NCBI GenBank assembly: GCA_022824565.1 | Contig: JAJDZQ010000120.1 | Coordinates: forward strand, 74,445 to 138,444 | Length of the DNA: 64,000 nucleotides | DNA from: Anaerolineae bacterium | GTDB lineage: Bacteria; Chloroflexota; Anaerolineae; Aggregatilineales; Phototrophicaceae | Direction of reading: 5' to 3' | Part shown: piece after piece, positions 35,459-44,860 of the stretch | Layout: each line of letters starts with the position of its first letter | Numbering within the stretch: position 1 is the stretch's first letter | Notes under the pieces: generated by a model | The model's database searches: none | What the model was told of the DNA's origin: nothing | Seen by the model: the letters and a program-made list of their open reading frames with translations, nothing else | Program-made: the position numbers and the translations under genes

Positions 35459-36694
35459 ATGGGCGATTTGGTCGTAGGCCTCGATGTAGGCACACACAAG
35501 ATATGCACGATAGTCGGCGAAGTGCGCCCGGAAGATGTCTATGTCGTCGGCCTGGGCATCGAAGCGAGCGACGGCATGAAGAAAGGTGTCGTCAGCGATG
35601 TCGGCGCGCTTTCTGCCGCGATTGCCCAGTCCATCCGCAAGGCAGAAAGGTCCAGCGGTTATGACATCAATCGCGCTTTTGTGAGCGTGGCGGGCAGTCA
35701 TATCTCGTCATTGACCAGCCGCGGCATGGCGACGGTCGTGGGCTCGCGCAGCGTGCAGACAGCCGACCTGGAAAAAGCCATGAGCGTGGCGCGCAATATC
35801 GCCATCCCCCACAACCGCGAGATCTTGCATGTCGTGCCGCGCAGCTACACACTGGACGGGCAAGAGGGCATCCGCAGTCCGCTGGGCATGCACTGCTTCC
35901 GGCTGGAAGTGGACGCGCACATCATCACCGCGTCGACAACCAGCCTGGCCAACCTGGAAGACGCGGTGGAATCGGCGGGTGTGCTGGTCGACCGGTTTAT
36001 CCTGAATCCCCTGGCGGCTGGCGAAGCCGTCTTGACACCGCACGAACGAGAGATGGGCGCGGTGGTCATCGACATTGGCGGCGGCACCACCGATATCGCC
36101 ATCTTCATCGACAACACAGTTTGGCATACAGCCATCATCCCGGTCGGCGGCAATCATGTGACGCAAGATATTACCTATTGGATGCGCGTGCCGTTTGGCC
36201 TGGCAGAACAAGTCAAAATTCAACGCGGGCACGCCGATATGCAAGCCGTCAGCGAATCGGAAGTCTTCCCGGTCGAGCCATTTGGCGGCGAGATTTTGCC
36301 CGTATCGCGGCGCGACCTGGCTATGGTGGTCGAGGCGCGCTTCGAAGAGATCTTCGAGATGGCGGAGAAAGAAATCAAGCGCTCGGGTTATGCTGGCTTG
36401 CTGCGAGCGGGCTCGGTGATCACGGGCGGGAGTTCGCTGCTGCCTGGCTATCGCGATTTGGCATCGCGCATTCTCAATTTGCCAGTCCGTCTGGCGCAGC
36501 CGGAGCGCGTAACGGGAATCGCCGATACACTGAAGAATCCTTCTTACAGCACGAGTGTCGGTTTGCTGCGGCTGGGGCTGGAGATGGACGCCATGCTGGA
36601 GCCCGACCTGGATGCCAATGTCGGCGTACCCGTGAATCAATGGGGGCGGCGAATGAACAACTTCTTGCGGCGCTTTTTGCCACAGGACGAATGA
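35459..36694 (+). CDS. ftsA: cell division protein FtsA
   Basis: Actin-fold VVGLDVGTHKICTIVGE and DIGGGTTDIAIF motifs. Confidence 0.92.
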   Translation: MGDLVVGLDVGTHKICTIVGEVRPEDVYVVGLGIEASDGMKKGVVSDVGALSAAIAQSIRKAERSSGYDINRAFVSVAGSHISSLTSRGMATVVGSRSVQTADLEKAMSVARNIAIPHNREILHVVPRSYTLDGQEGIRSPLGMHCFRLEVDAHIITASTTSLANLEDAVESAGVLVDRFILNPLAAGEAVLTPHEREMGAVVIDIGGGTTDIAIFIDNTVWHTAIIPVGGNHVTQDITYWMRVPFGLAEQVKIQRGHADMQAVSESEVFPVEPFGGEILPVSRRDLAMVVEARFEEIFEMAEKEIKRSGYAGLLRAGSVITGGSSLLPGYRDLASRILNLPVRLAQPERVTGIADTLKNPSYSTSVGLLRLGLEMDAMLEPDLDANVGVPVNQWGRRMNNFLRRFLPQDE

Positions 36695-36811
36695 GCGGCG
36701 CTTTTTTTACTTCAGTATTGCCAGCAAATTGCTGTTTGTACTGATTGCGCGCATATCGATTGGGCGTACAATGTACGCGTGAACTTGGGAAAAGCGGCAC
36801 AACGCTGTTGA

Positions 36812-38056
36812 ATGGCGAGGGACATCATAATGGTCAATGATTTGATAACCGGGGAACATTTCGCCCAGATCAAGGTTGTAGGTGTCGGCGGTGGTGGCGG
36901 CAATGCCATCAATCGCATGATCAACGAAGGCTTGGGCGGCGTAGAGTTTATCGCGGTCAACACCGACAACCAGGCGTTGATGCTTTCCAAAGCCAAGACG
37001 CGCGTGCGCATCGGCGACAAGCTGACGCGTGGCCTGGGCGCGGGCGGCAATCCAGAGATCGGTCGCAAAGCTGCCGAAGAAAGCTCGGAAGACCTGCTCG
37101 AAGTCTTGCGCGGCTCGGATATGGTTTTCGTGGCTTGCGGCATGGGCGGCGGCACGGGCACAGGCGCATCGCCGGTCATCGCGCAGATTGCCAAAGAGCT
37201 GGGCGCACTCACCATTGGCGTGGTCACCCGGCCTTTCACCTTTGAAGGCACGCGGCGCGCGCAGCTGGCCAAGACAGGCATCGAAGCGCTAAAGAGCCAG
37301 GTCGACACACTCATCGTGATCCCCAACGACCGCCTGCTGCAAATGGCCGACAAGCGCTCGACCCTGCAGCAAGCGTTTTCGCTGGCGGACGATGTGCTGC
37401 GCCAAGGCATCCAGGGCATCTCGGAATTGATCACCGTGCCCGGCTTGATCAACCTGGATTTCGCTGATGTGCGTACGGTCATGAGCGAAGGCGGCGCGGC
37501 CTTGATGGCGGTTGGACGGGCGGCCGGCGATGATCGGGCGCGGTCGGCAGCAGAAATGGCCATCACCAGTGGCTTGCTGGATGTGACGATTGATGGCGCG
37601 CGCGGCATCTTGTTCTCGATCACGGGTGGCGCCGATTTGACGCTCTTCGAGGTCAACGAGGCGGCAGCTATCATCAAAGATTCGGCGCATGCAGAATGCA
37701 ACCTCATCTTCGGCGCGCACATCGACGAAAGCCTGGGCGACGAGGTGCACATCACCGTGATCGCCACTGGCTTTGAACGCAGCCGCCTGGAAACCACCAT
37801 GAAAGAAGCGGGCCAGCTGCCTATCCGCCAGTCGACGCCGCTGCCGCAATCAACGCCAGTACAGCGCCCGGTCTATGAAGATGTCGAAGTGCAGTCGCCC
37901 GGTCAAGGCGTCTCGGTAGGCAGTGGATCGCCATTCCAGCGGACACGCCAGACCCCGCCCTCGCCGGCGCCAGACGATGCCCGAACCTATGACAACATCG
38001 ACCCCAAAAACACCGAGCTGCCCGCCTTTCTGCGCAAGCGAAATCGCCGGCAGTAG
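36812..38056 (+). CDS. ftsZ: cell division GTPase FtsZ
   Basis: [13 protein letters not shown] signature and the C-terminal ELPAFLRKR peptide. An alternative start at ATG 36830 is preceded by AGGGA. Confidence 0.95.
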   Translation: MARDIIMVNDLITGEHFAQIKVVGVGGGGGNAINRMINEGLGGVEFIAVNTDNQALMLSKAKTRVRIGDKLTRGLGAGGNPEIGRKAAEESSEDLLEVLRGSDMVFVACGMGGGTGTGASPVIAQIAKELGALTIGVVTRPFTFEGTRRAQLAKTGIEALKSQVDTLIVIPNDRLLQMADKRSTLQQAFSLADDVLRQGIQGISELITVPGLINLDFADVRTVMSEGGAALMAVGRAAGDDRARSAAEMAITSGLLDVTIDGARGILFSITGGADLTLFEVNEAAAIIKDSAHAECNLIFGAHIDESLGDEVHITVIATGFERSRLETTMKEAGQLPIRQSTPLPQSTPVQRPVYEDVEVQSPGQGVSVGSGSPFQRTRQTPPSPAPDDARTYDNIDPKNTELPAFLRKRNRRQ

Positions 38057-38086
38057 CCAGACTACAAAATAGTCTCCCCCTAGTTT

Positions 38087-38120
38087 GGGCGATCCAGCGG
38101 GTCGCCCTTTTTTGTTTTTG
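38087..38120 (+). terminator. rho-independent terminator after ftsZ
   Basis: GGGCGA-tccagcggg-TCGCCC stem-loop followed by TTTTTTGTTTTT. Confidence 0.75.
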
Positions 38121-38254
38121 TCAAGCCTGTTTCCGCTGCTTTTCGTATGAAAAACTCAATGCAATGCAATGCGATTCAAACTAAAAAAGCCGAATCGCCG
38201 CTAGCCGATTCATGGCTTCGCGACCATAATTTGACTATCCACAGGACAGCAATC

Positions 38255-38425
38255 GGGAGTGGTGAGAAGCGTGGAGATGCCGCCATATGAACCCGCCTTA
38301 CAACCTTGCCCCCTTAAAGAGGGCGGGACTGCAAAGCGTCGTAGCGCGCTCCTTCCTTCGTGTTGGGGGCGAGGCGCTGGGCGCTGGGCGCAGGCTTGTC
38401 CACTTCACGAAAAATCACCACTCCC
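38255..38425 (+). promoter_or_regulatory. candidate structured 5' leader of nrdJ (unclassified)
   Basis: gggagtggtga (38255-38265) is perfectly complementary to tcaccactccc (38415-38425). The helix extends via GAAG..TGGA / TCCA-CTTC. An internal CCCGCC...GGCGGG hairpin is present. Confidence 0.4.
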
Positions 38426-38468
38426 AGCCAGCTGAAGAGCCCGAATCAATCTACAGATAAGGTATACT

Positions 38469-41033
38469 ATGTTCGCCCAAGCACCCGAGATGCCAGACAT
38501 GACACTAGCGCCCACCGGCGAAAACAAGCTGCACGAACTGGGCTACAAGATTTTCCTCGATCGCTATGCCCAGAAGGATATGACGCGCGCCAGCCTGTCT
38601 ATTGGCGACACGGTCATTGTGGTTGTCGACCCCAAGACCGGACAGCGCGAGATCGGCTCGATCACTGCGCTCGACTTGCCCATGGTCACCATAAAATTGC
38701 TGGATGGCGAAGTGGTCGAGCGCGACTTGCAGCATGTGGACAAGCCGCTCGAAACCGAACCCAGCCAAATGATGGACCGCGTGGCCCGGGGCGTGGCCGC
38801 TACCGAAGACGGCGAGGCGAAACAAATCGAGTGGACGAGGAAATTCCGCTGGCTGCTGGACGACTGGAAGTTCGTGCCCGGCGGGCGCATCTTGACCGCG
38901 GCCGGCACCGACCAGGACCTGACTTATTACAACTGCTATGTCATCCCGTCGCCGCAGGACTCGCGCGAAGGCATCATGACGACACTGGGACAGATGACCG
39001 AGATCATGTCGCGAGGTGGTGGCGTCGGCATCAATCTCTCGACCCTGCGACCGCGGCATGCCTATGTAAAAGGCGTAAACGGACGGTCCAGCGGGTCGGT
39101 CTCTTGGGGCGGCTTGTACAGTTTCGTCACCGGGCTCATCGAGCAAGGCGGCAGCCGGCGCGGCGCTTTGATGCTGATACTGAATGACTGGCATCCAGAC
39201 ATCTTCAACTTCATCGGCAGCAAGCGGCAGGCTGGCAATATCACCAATGCCAACATCAGCGTCGGCGTTTCTGACAAGTTAATGGCGGCGGTGGAGGCCG
39301 ATGACGATTGGGAGCTGGTCTTCCCAGATACGCACGATCCAGACTTCGATGAGCTTTGGGATGGCGATCTGGATACCTGGATGGCGACCGGGCGCAAGGT
39401 CACGCATCACAAGACCATCAAGGCGCGCGAATTGTGGGATGCGATCATCGAAAGCGCCTGGGCCAGCGCCGAGCCGGGCGTCTGGTTCCGCGAGCGCAGC
39501 AACAAGATGGCGAACAGCTGGTACTTCAATCCGCAGATATGCACCAATCCCTGTGGCGAACAGCCGCTGGGCGCTTTTTCTGTCTGCAACCTGGGCGCAA
39601 TAAACTTGTCGAAGTTCTATGACGAGACCCAGCATGCTGTCGCCTGGGACGAGCTGCGCCGCACGGTCGCCTTTGCCACGCGCTTTTTGGACAATATCAT
39701 CGACACCACGCCCTATTTCTTTGAGGAGAACCACAAAGTGCAGATGTCAGAGCGGCGTGTCGGGCTGGGCACGATGGGAATCGCCGAATTGATGCTGAAG
39801 CTGGGCGTGCGCTATGGCAGCGACAAATCGGTCGCCGTCATCGACAAAATCTACCGCGAGATCGCAGTCACGGCCTATGAAACATCGAGCGATCTGGCGC
39901 AGGAAAAAGGCGCCTTCCCCATGTTCATCGCCGAGATGTTTCTTGAAAGCGGCTACATGCAAACGATGCCACTTGAATTACGCGAGAAGATCCGCCGCGA
40001 TGGCATTCGCAATGTCACGCTGCTGACACAAGCGCCGACCGGCACCACCGGCACGATGGTCAATACCTCGACCGGCGTCGAGCCCTTTTTCTCCTGGGTT
40101 TATTATCGCAAGAGCCGTCTCGGCTTGCACGAGGAGCAGGTGCCCATCGTCAAAGAGTGGTACGCTGCCAATCCCGCCGCCGACTCCCTGCCCGAGCACT
40201 TCGTCACTGCGATGGACTTGTCGCCCAACGAGCATATCAAGGTGCAAGGTGCCTTCCAGCGCTGGATCGACAGCGCCATCAGCAAAACTTGCAATGTGCC
40301 GAGTGACTACAGTGTCGAGCAGGTCAGCGAGTTGTACAAATACATGTACGAGCTCGGCTGCAAGGGCGGCACCATCTATCGCGATGGCAGCCGCGACGAA
40401 CAAGTGCTGATGCTCAAGGGCGATGAGCGCGCCGAAAGCGAAATGGCCGGGCTGAAAGAGAACGCCTCTGCCGAGCCCGCCACCACGCCGCATCGTGTCT
40501 ATCCGCGCCCGGACAAGCTGCGCGGCACGACCGTGGCCACTCAGACGCCCTTTGGCAAAGCCTACATCACCATCAACCGCGATGAAGATGACAACCCGTT
40601 CGAGGTCTTCGTGGCCATAGGCAAAGCCGGCAGCGATATCCAGGCCGACGCCGAGAGTCTGGGCCGGATGCTTTCGCTGTTGCTGCGCAGCACCGCCCCG
40701 CCCAACCGCCGCGAAATGATGAAGCTGATCATCGAGCAGCTGCAAGATATCGGTGGCGCGAGGCCGATCGGCTTTGGACCCAAGCGCGTGTTGTCGCTGC
40801 CCGATGCCGTGGCGCGCGTGTTGCAGGTCGAATTCTTCCCCGAAGAGTCGCTGCAGCAACTGGGATTGCCTATCACAGCATCGTCAGAAGCGCAGCAGCC
40901 GGCGATCAACGCATCGTCAGAGGCGAATGCGGCCATATCCGGCGCGGACATGTGCCCGGAGTGCAATATGATCACCTTGGTGCGCGCCGAGGGCTGCCGC
41001 AAGTGTGTGTATTGTGGCTACAGCGAATGTTGA
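38469..41033 (+). CDS. nrdJ: class II (adenosylcobalamin-dependent) ribonucleotide reductase
   Basis: Active-site TNPCGEQPL and the C-terminal Cys cluster CPECNMITLVRAEGCRKCVYCGYSEC. 854 aa. Confidence 0.92.
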   Translation: MFAQAPEMPDMTLAPTGENKLHELGYKIFLDRYAQKDMTRASLSIGDTVIVVVDPKTGQREIGSITALDLPMVTIKLLDGEVVERDLQHVDKPLETEPSQMMDRVARGVAATEDGEAKQIEWTRKFRWLLDDWKFVPGGRILTAAGTDQDLTYYNCYVIPSPQDSREGIMTTLGQMTEIMSRGGGVGINLSTLRPRHAYVKGVNGRSSGSVSWGGLYSFVTGLIEQGGSRRGALMLILNDWHPDIFNFIGSKRQAGNITNANISVGVSDKLMAAVEADDDWELVFPDTHDPDFDELWDGDLDTWMATGRKVTHHKTIKARELWDAIIESAWASAEPGVWFRERSNKMANSWYFNPQICTNPCGEQPLGAFSVCNLGAINLSKFYDETQHAVAWDELRRTVAFATRFLDNIIDTTPYFFEENHKVQMSERRVGLGTMGIAELMLKLGVRYGSDKSVAVIDKIYREIAVTAYETSSDLAQEKGAFPMFIAEMFLESGYMQTMPLELREKIRRDGIRNVTLLTQAPTGTTGTMVNTSTGVEPFFSWVYYRKSRLGLHEEQVPIVKEWYAANPAADSLPEHFVTAMDLSPNEHIKVQGAFQRWIDSAISKTCNVPSDYSVEQVSELYKYMYELGCKGGTIYRDGSRDEQVLMLKGDERAESEMAGLKENASAEPATTPHRVYPRPDKLRGTTVATQTPFGKAYITINRDEDDNPFEVFVAIGKAGSDIQADAESLGRMLSLLLRSTAPPNRREMMKLIIEQLQDIGGARPIGFGPKRVLSLPDAVARVLQVEFFPEESLQQLGLPITASSEAQQPAINASSEANAAISGADMCPECNMITLVRAEGCRKCVYCGYSEC

Positions 41034-41204
41034 GACTGGGCGCGCCAGCCAAGTCATGCGCTCGCCCGCCCTTCCCTTGCTTGAGCGTGGATTTCCTCAG
41101 TCATTGCGGCGCGATGCGACGATGAATGGCCCCTTGCGCCAGGCTAATCGGCCACGGACATGGCCCATTGCCTGCGTATGAATCGGGCGAAGGAGAACGA
41201 CAAC

Positions 41205-42002
41205 ATGCGCGACTACATTTGCATTGGCGTGCCCTACTATTTGGGCGAGGCGCTGGCAGAACGGCGCGAAGTCGCAGCCCTGCGCGATAGGGGCATCGCG
41301 GCTGAGCTAGACGCCGAATGGGTGGACATCGCGCCGGACTTCGCCGCGCACAAAAACCCGGTTGTAGCCGTCAACCGGGCGCTGGCAGAAGCGATCCAAA
41401 CACATGCGCCAAAGACGCCCGTGGTCTTTGCCAACGACTGCACCAGTTGCCTGGGAGTGGTGAAGGGCCTGGAGGCGCAATCGCCCGCCATTCTGTGGTA
41501 CGACTCGCACGGCGACTTCAACACGCCAGAAACGACACCCAGCGGTTTCTTGGGCGGCATGCCCCTGGCGGCGCTGGTCGGTCGCGGCAACCAGCAGCTG
41601 ATGCGCGGCCTGCAGCTTGCGCCAATCGCCGAGGCGGACATCGTCATCAGCGATGTGCGCAACCTCGATCCACAAGAAGGCGTGATGCTGCGCGAAAGCC
41701 AGGTCGCTATTCATGAGACACTGCGGGAATTGGACGCCGCGCCCCTGCCAGACAAGCCGCTCTACATCCACTTCGACACCGATGTGGTCGACTGCGCCGA
41801 GATGCCCGCCATGAGTTATCCCGAGCCAGGCGGACCCACACTGGACGAGAGCATCGAGTCGCTGGGCATCGCGCTGGCAAAGAGTCGCCTTGCCGCCGTT
41901 TTGTTCAGCTTGTGGAACAGCACGTTGCCCGGCGCGGACGAAGCCATGTCCGCCACCTTGCGGCTGGTGCGCACCTTGAAGCAAAGCGCCGATTCACAAT
42001 AA
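41205..42002 (+). CDS. arginase/ureohydrolase family protein
   Basis: Mn-site motifs WYDSHGDFNTP, SDVRNLDPQE and IHFDTDVVD. ATG 41205 is preceded by AAGGAG. Confidence 0.8.
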   Translation: MRDYICIGVPYYLGEALAERREVAALRDRGIAAELDAEWVDIAPDFAAHKNPVVAVNRALAEAIQTHAPKTPVVFANDCTSCLGVVKGLEAQSPAILWYDSHGDFNTPETTPSGFLGGMPLAALVGRGNQQLMRGLQLAPIAEADIVISDVRNLDPQEGVMLRESQVAIHETLRELDAAPLPDKPLYIHFDTDVVDCAEMPAMSYPEPGGPTLDESIESLGIALAKSRLAAVLFSLWNSTLPGADEAMSATLRLVRTLKQSADSQ

Positions 42003-42044
42003 GGCGCGCATTCTGCCAGCGCAATCGCATTAAATTGTTTATAT

Positions 42045-42180
42045 GCCACCGAGGCACAGAGGCACAGAGTCTGGTTTGGTAAGGCAGAACAATTCGGAAT
42101 CCTTGTTGTACTGAGGGCGAGCTGTCAGCCACCCAAAGTTAAATTGAACGCTTTTCTCTGTGTCTCAGTGCCTCTGTGGC
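42045..42180. mobile_element. MITE-like element with CACAGAG-rich terminal inverted repeats (copy 1)
   Basis: Left end gccaccgaggcacagaggcacagag versus the reverse complement of the right end gccacagaggcactgagacacagag (22/25). The core gcagaacaattcggaatcctt is shared with the 59992-60147 copy. Confidence 0.6.
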
Positions 42181-42327
42181 AAGGATTTGTTTCATTTGGT
42201 CGCTGGCATCATGGATTTCGTTTTGATGAGATTGCCCTGCGCAATTTGTAGCAATGCCTTGCAGGGCGGAGAAAAAACGCGTATGCTGTGCTGGCGCGCG
42301 AGCAAAAAACGTTGAGGGAAGTGGCGC

Positions 42328-42651
42328 TTGTACAGCGACAACGAGATTCTGTTTCCGCATTATGCAATCCCCGCCCTGCGCAACACGCGGTGTGGTAAAT
42401 GGGCGCAGCTTGTCGATGAGTTGGAAGGCAAACCAGAAACCAGCCCCGAGGTGCTCGGGCTGATGTCGTTGATGATCGACCTGAACGGTTGCTTGTCGTG
42501 CGAAACCGACAGCTTCAGGGCGATGCGCGGCTGCACAGCTTGCGCCAAACAGACACTGCGCAGATGCAAAGACAGCGATGAAGACTTGTTGCGATCGGTT
42601 CAGCAGCGCGTGACACACATGCGCAACGACGACCCGGGCGCGGAGCAATGA
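42328..42651 (+). CDS. hypothetical Cys-rich small protein (107 aa)
   Basis: Codon usage looks coding (G/C-rich third positions). Has a CLSC...CTAC pair of CxxC motifs. TTG start in the track, so the start is uncertain. No family recognised. Confidence 0.5.
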   Translation: MYSDNEILFPHYAIPALRNTRCGKWAQLVDELEGKPETSPEVLGLMSLMIDLNGCLSCETDSFRAMRGCTACAKQTLRRCKDSDEDLLRSVQQRVTHMRNDDPGAEQ

Positions 42652-42672
42652 CAGGCCATTTGCGACTGCCTG

Positions 42673-42702
42673 TTGACAGCCAATGGCGCGCTGTGTTACG
42701 CT
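42673..42702 (+). promoter_or_regulatory. candidate promoter of the infC-rpmI-rplT operon
   Basis: TTGACA (42673-42678), an 18-nt spacer, then TACGCT (42697-42702). Confidence 0.4.
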
Positions 42703-42748
42703 ATGGCTTCGTGGCGTTTGCCGCGTGTCTGATGGATGTCGCATCGTA

Positions 42749-43309
42749 ATGAAGGGTCGTGCAAAGATAGCGAGTTCAGGTCTGCGAATCAACGGCAATA
42801 TCCGCGGTGTACGCGAAGTTCGCCTGATCGACCATGCCAACAACAATATCGGCGTTGTGGGCATCAGCTATGCCCAGGAGCGTGCAGAAGCCGCTGGCTT
42901 GGATCTGGTCGAAGTGGCGCCCAAAGCCCGTCCGCCCGTCTGCCGCATCATGGATTATGGCAAGTTTCAATACGAGCAGCGGCGCAAGGAACGCAAATCC
43001 AAGAAGAACCAGATTAAGGTAACCGTCAAAGAGATCCAACTGCGACCCAAAACCGACGAATATCATTTGCAGTTTGATATCAAACGCGCCGAAAAGTGGT
43101 TGCAAGAAGGCAAAAAGGTGAAGTTCCGCGTGCGTTTCCGCGGTCGCGAAATCACGCATCAATATATCGGACGCGATCGACTGGGCAGGATAGAAGAAGC
43201 GCTTAAGGATGTCGGCGTGGTGGAGCAGCGCCCCAATATCGAAGGCAGAGACATGCTGATGATCCTCGCGCCGACCAAGGAATACAGACAAAGTTCGGAG
43301 AAGCAATAG
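42749..43309 (+). CDS. infC: translation initiation factor IF-3
   Basis: MKGRAKIASSGLRINGNIRGVREVRLI aligns with the E. coli IF-3 N-terminus. PPVCRIMDYGKF motif present. Confidence 0.92.
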   Translation: MKGRAKIASSGLRINGNIRGVREVRLIDHANNNIGVVGISYAQERAEAAGLDLVEVAPKARPPVCRIMDYGKFQYEQRRKERKSKKNQIKVTVKEIQLRPKTDEYHLQFDIKRAEKWLQEGKKVKFRVRFRGREITHQYIGRDRLGRIEEALKDVGVVEQRPNIEGRDMLMILAPTKEYRQSSEKQ

Positions 43310-43560
43310 TGCCACGCAAGAAAAAGAGCACAAAGTACAAACTGAAGACGCACAAAGCCACAGCCAAACGGTTCAAAATGACCGGGACAGGCAAGATCGT
43401 CCGCACCAAAGGCGGCAAGAGTCATCGGCGTCGCATGTCGGCCAAGCGCGTGCGCCGTCAATGGGACAAGACCATGCAGGTCGGCGAAAAAGCCATGCAG
43501 CGTCGCATCCGCCGCCTCGCCCCCTATCTGGGCAAATACAAAGCCAATCCGCCCGCCTAA
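43309..43560 (+). CDS. rpmI: 50S ribosomal protein L35
   Basis: KLKTHKATAKRFKMTGTGKI signature. GTG start overlapping the infC stop. Confidence 0.88.
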   Translation: MPRKKKSTKYKLKTHKATAKRFKMTGTGKIVRTKGGKSHRRRMSAKRVRRQWDKTMQVGEKAMQRRIRRLAPYLGKYKANPPA

Positions 43561-43587
43561 CCCAGCGCTACTCACGGAGAATACGCA

Positions 43588-43941
43588 ATGGCCAGAACAC
43601 GCACCGGCTTCGTCAGACGGCGCCGACACAAGAAAATCATCAAGATGACCAAAGGGCAATGGGGCACGCGCAGCAAGAACTTCAAGCGCGCCAACGAAGC
43701 CATGATGCGCAGCTTGTGGTATGCCTACCGCGACCGCCGACAACGCCGCCGCCAACTGCGCCGCTTGTGGATCCAGCGCATCAACGCAGCCGCGCGTCTC
43801 AATGGCCTGAAGTACAGCCAGTTGGTCTATGGTTTGAAGCGCGCTCGTATCGAGCTGGACCGCAAGAGCCTCGCGCATCTCGCTGTGCACGATGCCGCCA
43901 CCTTCAGCCAAATCGCCGAAGCAGCCCGACAGCATCTTTAG
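43588..43941 (+). CDS. rplT: 50S ribosomal protein L20
   Basis: [23 protein letters not shown]... typical L20 sequence. Confidence 0.95.
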   Translation: MARTRTGFVRRRRHKKIIKMTKGQWGTRSKNFKRANEAMMRSLWYAYRDRRQRRRQLRRLWIQRINAAARLNGLKYSQLVYGLKRARIELDRKSLAHLAVHDAATFSQIAEAARQHL

Positions 43942-43972
43942 GGCGCAGCAACAACTAGCCAGTCAACCGTAC

Positions 43973-44000
43973 AAAGGGTCGTTATAGATGACCCTTTTTG
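43973..44000 (+). terminator. rho-independent terminator after rplT
   Basis: AAAGGGTC-gttatagat-GACCCTTT stem-loop followed by a T-run. Confidence 0.7.
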
Positions 44001-44018
44001 TATTTATGGTGGCGCGGC

Positions 44019-44825
44019 ATGCAGCCAATCAGCAGCCTACATAACAAGCGCGTCCGCCATGTGAAGGCGCTGGCAAGCAAAGCGCGACTGCGCCGCAGCG
44101 AACGCAAATTGATCCTGGAAGGCGACCGGCTGATCGCCGATGCGCTCGCGCGGGGCGGGGCTGCCGAGCTGGCTCTGTATGCCCCACAACGCGCAGATTA
44201 TGGCGTCATCGCGCAGCTGCAAAAGCGCAAGTGTACATTGCTGCCGGTCACCGAGTCGATCTTGCGACATGTCAGCGATACGCAGCAGCCACCGGGCATC
44301 CTGGCCGTTTTTCACATGCCCAAGCCAACTATCGCCCAGCCCTGTCGGCGCGTGCTGATCTTGGACGCCATCAGCGAGCCGGGCAACCTGGGCACAATCC
44401 TGCGCAGCGCTTCGGCCGCGGGCGTCGAGCTGGCGATCCTGGCGCCAGGCTGCTGCGATGTCTACAACGGCAAGACACTGCGCGCGGGCATGGGCGCTCA
44501 TTTTCGACTGCCCATCGTGGAAGCAAGCTGGAGCGAAATCGCTGACTTCTGCCGCGAACTGCGAGTCTATGCGACGCGCGCCGCTGCCGATTGCCCGTAT
44601 ACAAACGTCGACTGGGCGGGCGACTGGGCGCTGGTCTTGGGCAACGAAGCGCACGGGCTCAGCCAGGCGGCGCGGCGGTTGGCTGTTTGCGAGATCGCCA
44701 TCCCCATGGCGCAAGCCAGCGAATCGCTGAATGTGGCCAGCGCGGCGGCTGTCATCTTGTTCGAGGCGCAGCGACAACGTTTGCGCAGCGACTCTACCCT
44801 TGTCGGCGCGCTTGCTGTAGACTAA
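44019..44825 (+). CDS. TrmH/SpoU family RNA 2'-O-methyltransferase
   Basis: EPGNLGTILRSA, LVLGNEAHGLS and SLNVASAAAVILFE motifs. Confidence 0.85.
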   Translation: MQPISSLHNKRVRHVKALASKARLRRSERKLILEGDRLIADALARGGAAELALYAPQRADYGVIAQLQKRKCTLLPVTESILRHVSDTQQPPGILAVFHMPKPTIAQPCRRVLILDAISEPGNLGTILRSASAAGVELAILAPGCCDVYNGKTLRAGMGAHFRLPIVEASWSEIADFCRELRVYATRAAADCPYTNVDWAGDWALVLGNEAHGLSQAARRLAVCEIAIPMAQASESLNVASAAAVILFEAQRQRLRSDSTLVGALAVD

Positions 44826-44860
44826 GCCGCGTTCAACAAGCAATCAGAACTGGGTGAGAC

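Noticed and set aside
38121-38468. Cobalamin riboswitch or NrdR boxes upstream of nrdJ.
   Set aside because: There is some loose resemblance (GGGAGTGGTGAGAAGC, CCCGCC). However, no B12-box (AGYCMGGAGACCKGCC-like or GCCACTG) and no paired 16-bp NrdR palindromes could be found. It is kept only as an unclassified structured-leader candidate.
42139-42864. 241-aa minus-strand ORF spanning the MITE-like element, the Cys-rich ORF and the infC start.
   Set aside because: It crosses a repeat element and a promoter region, has an Arg/Ala-rich composition, and the plus-strand frames have better codon bias and (for infC) clear homology.
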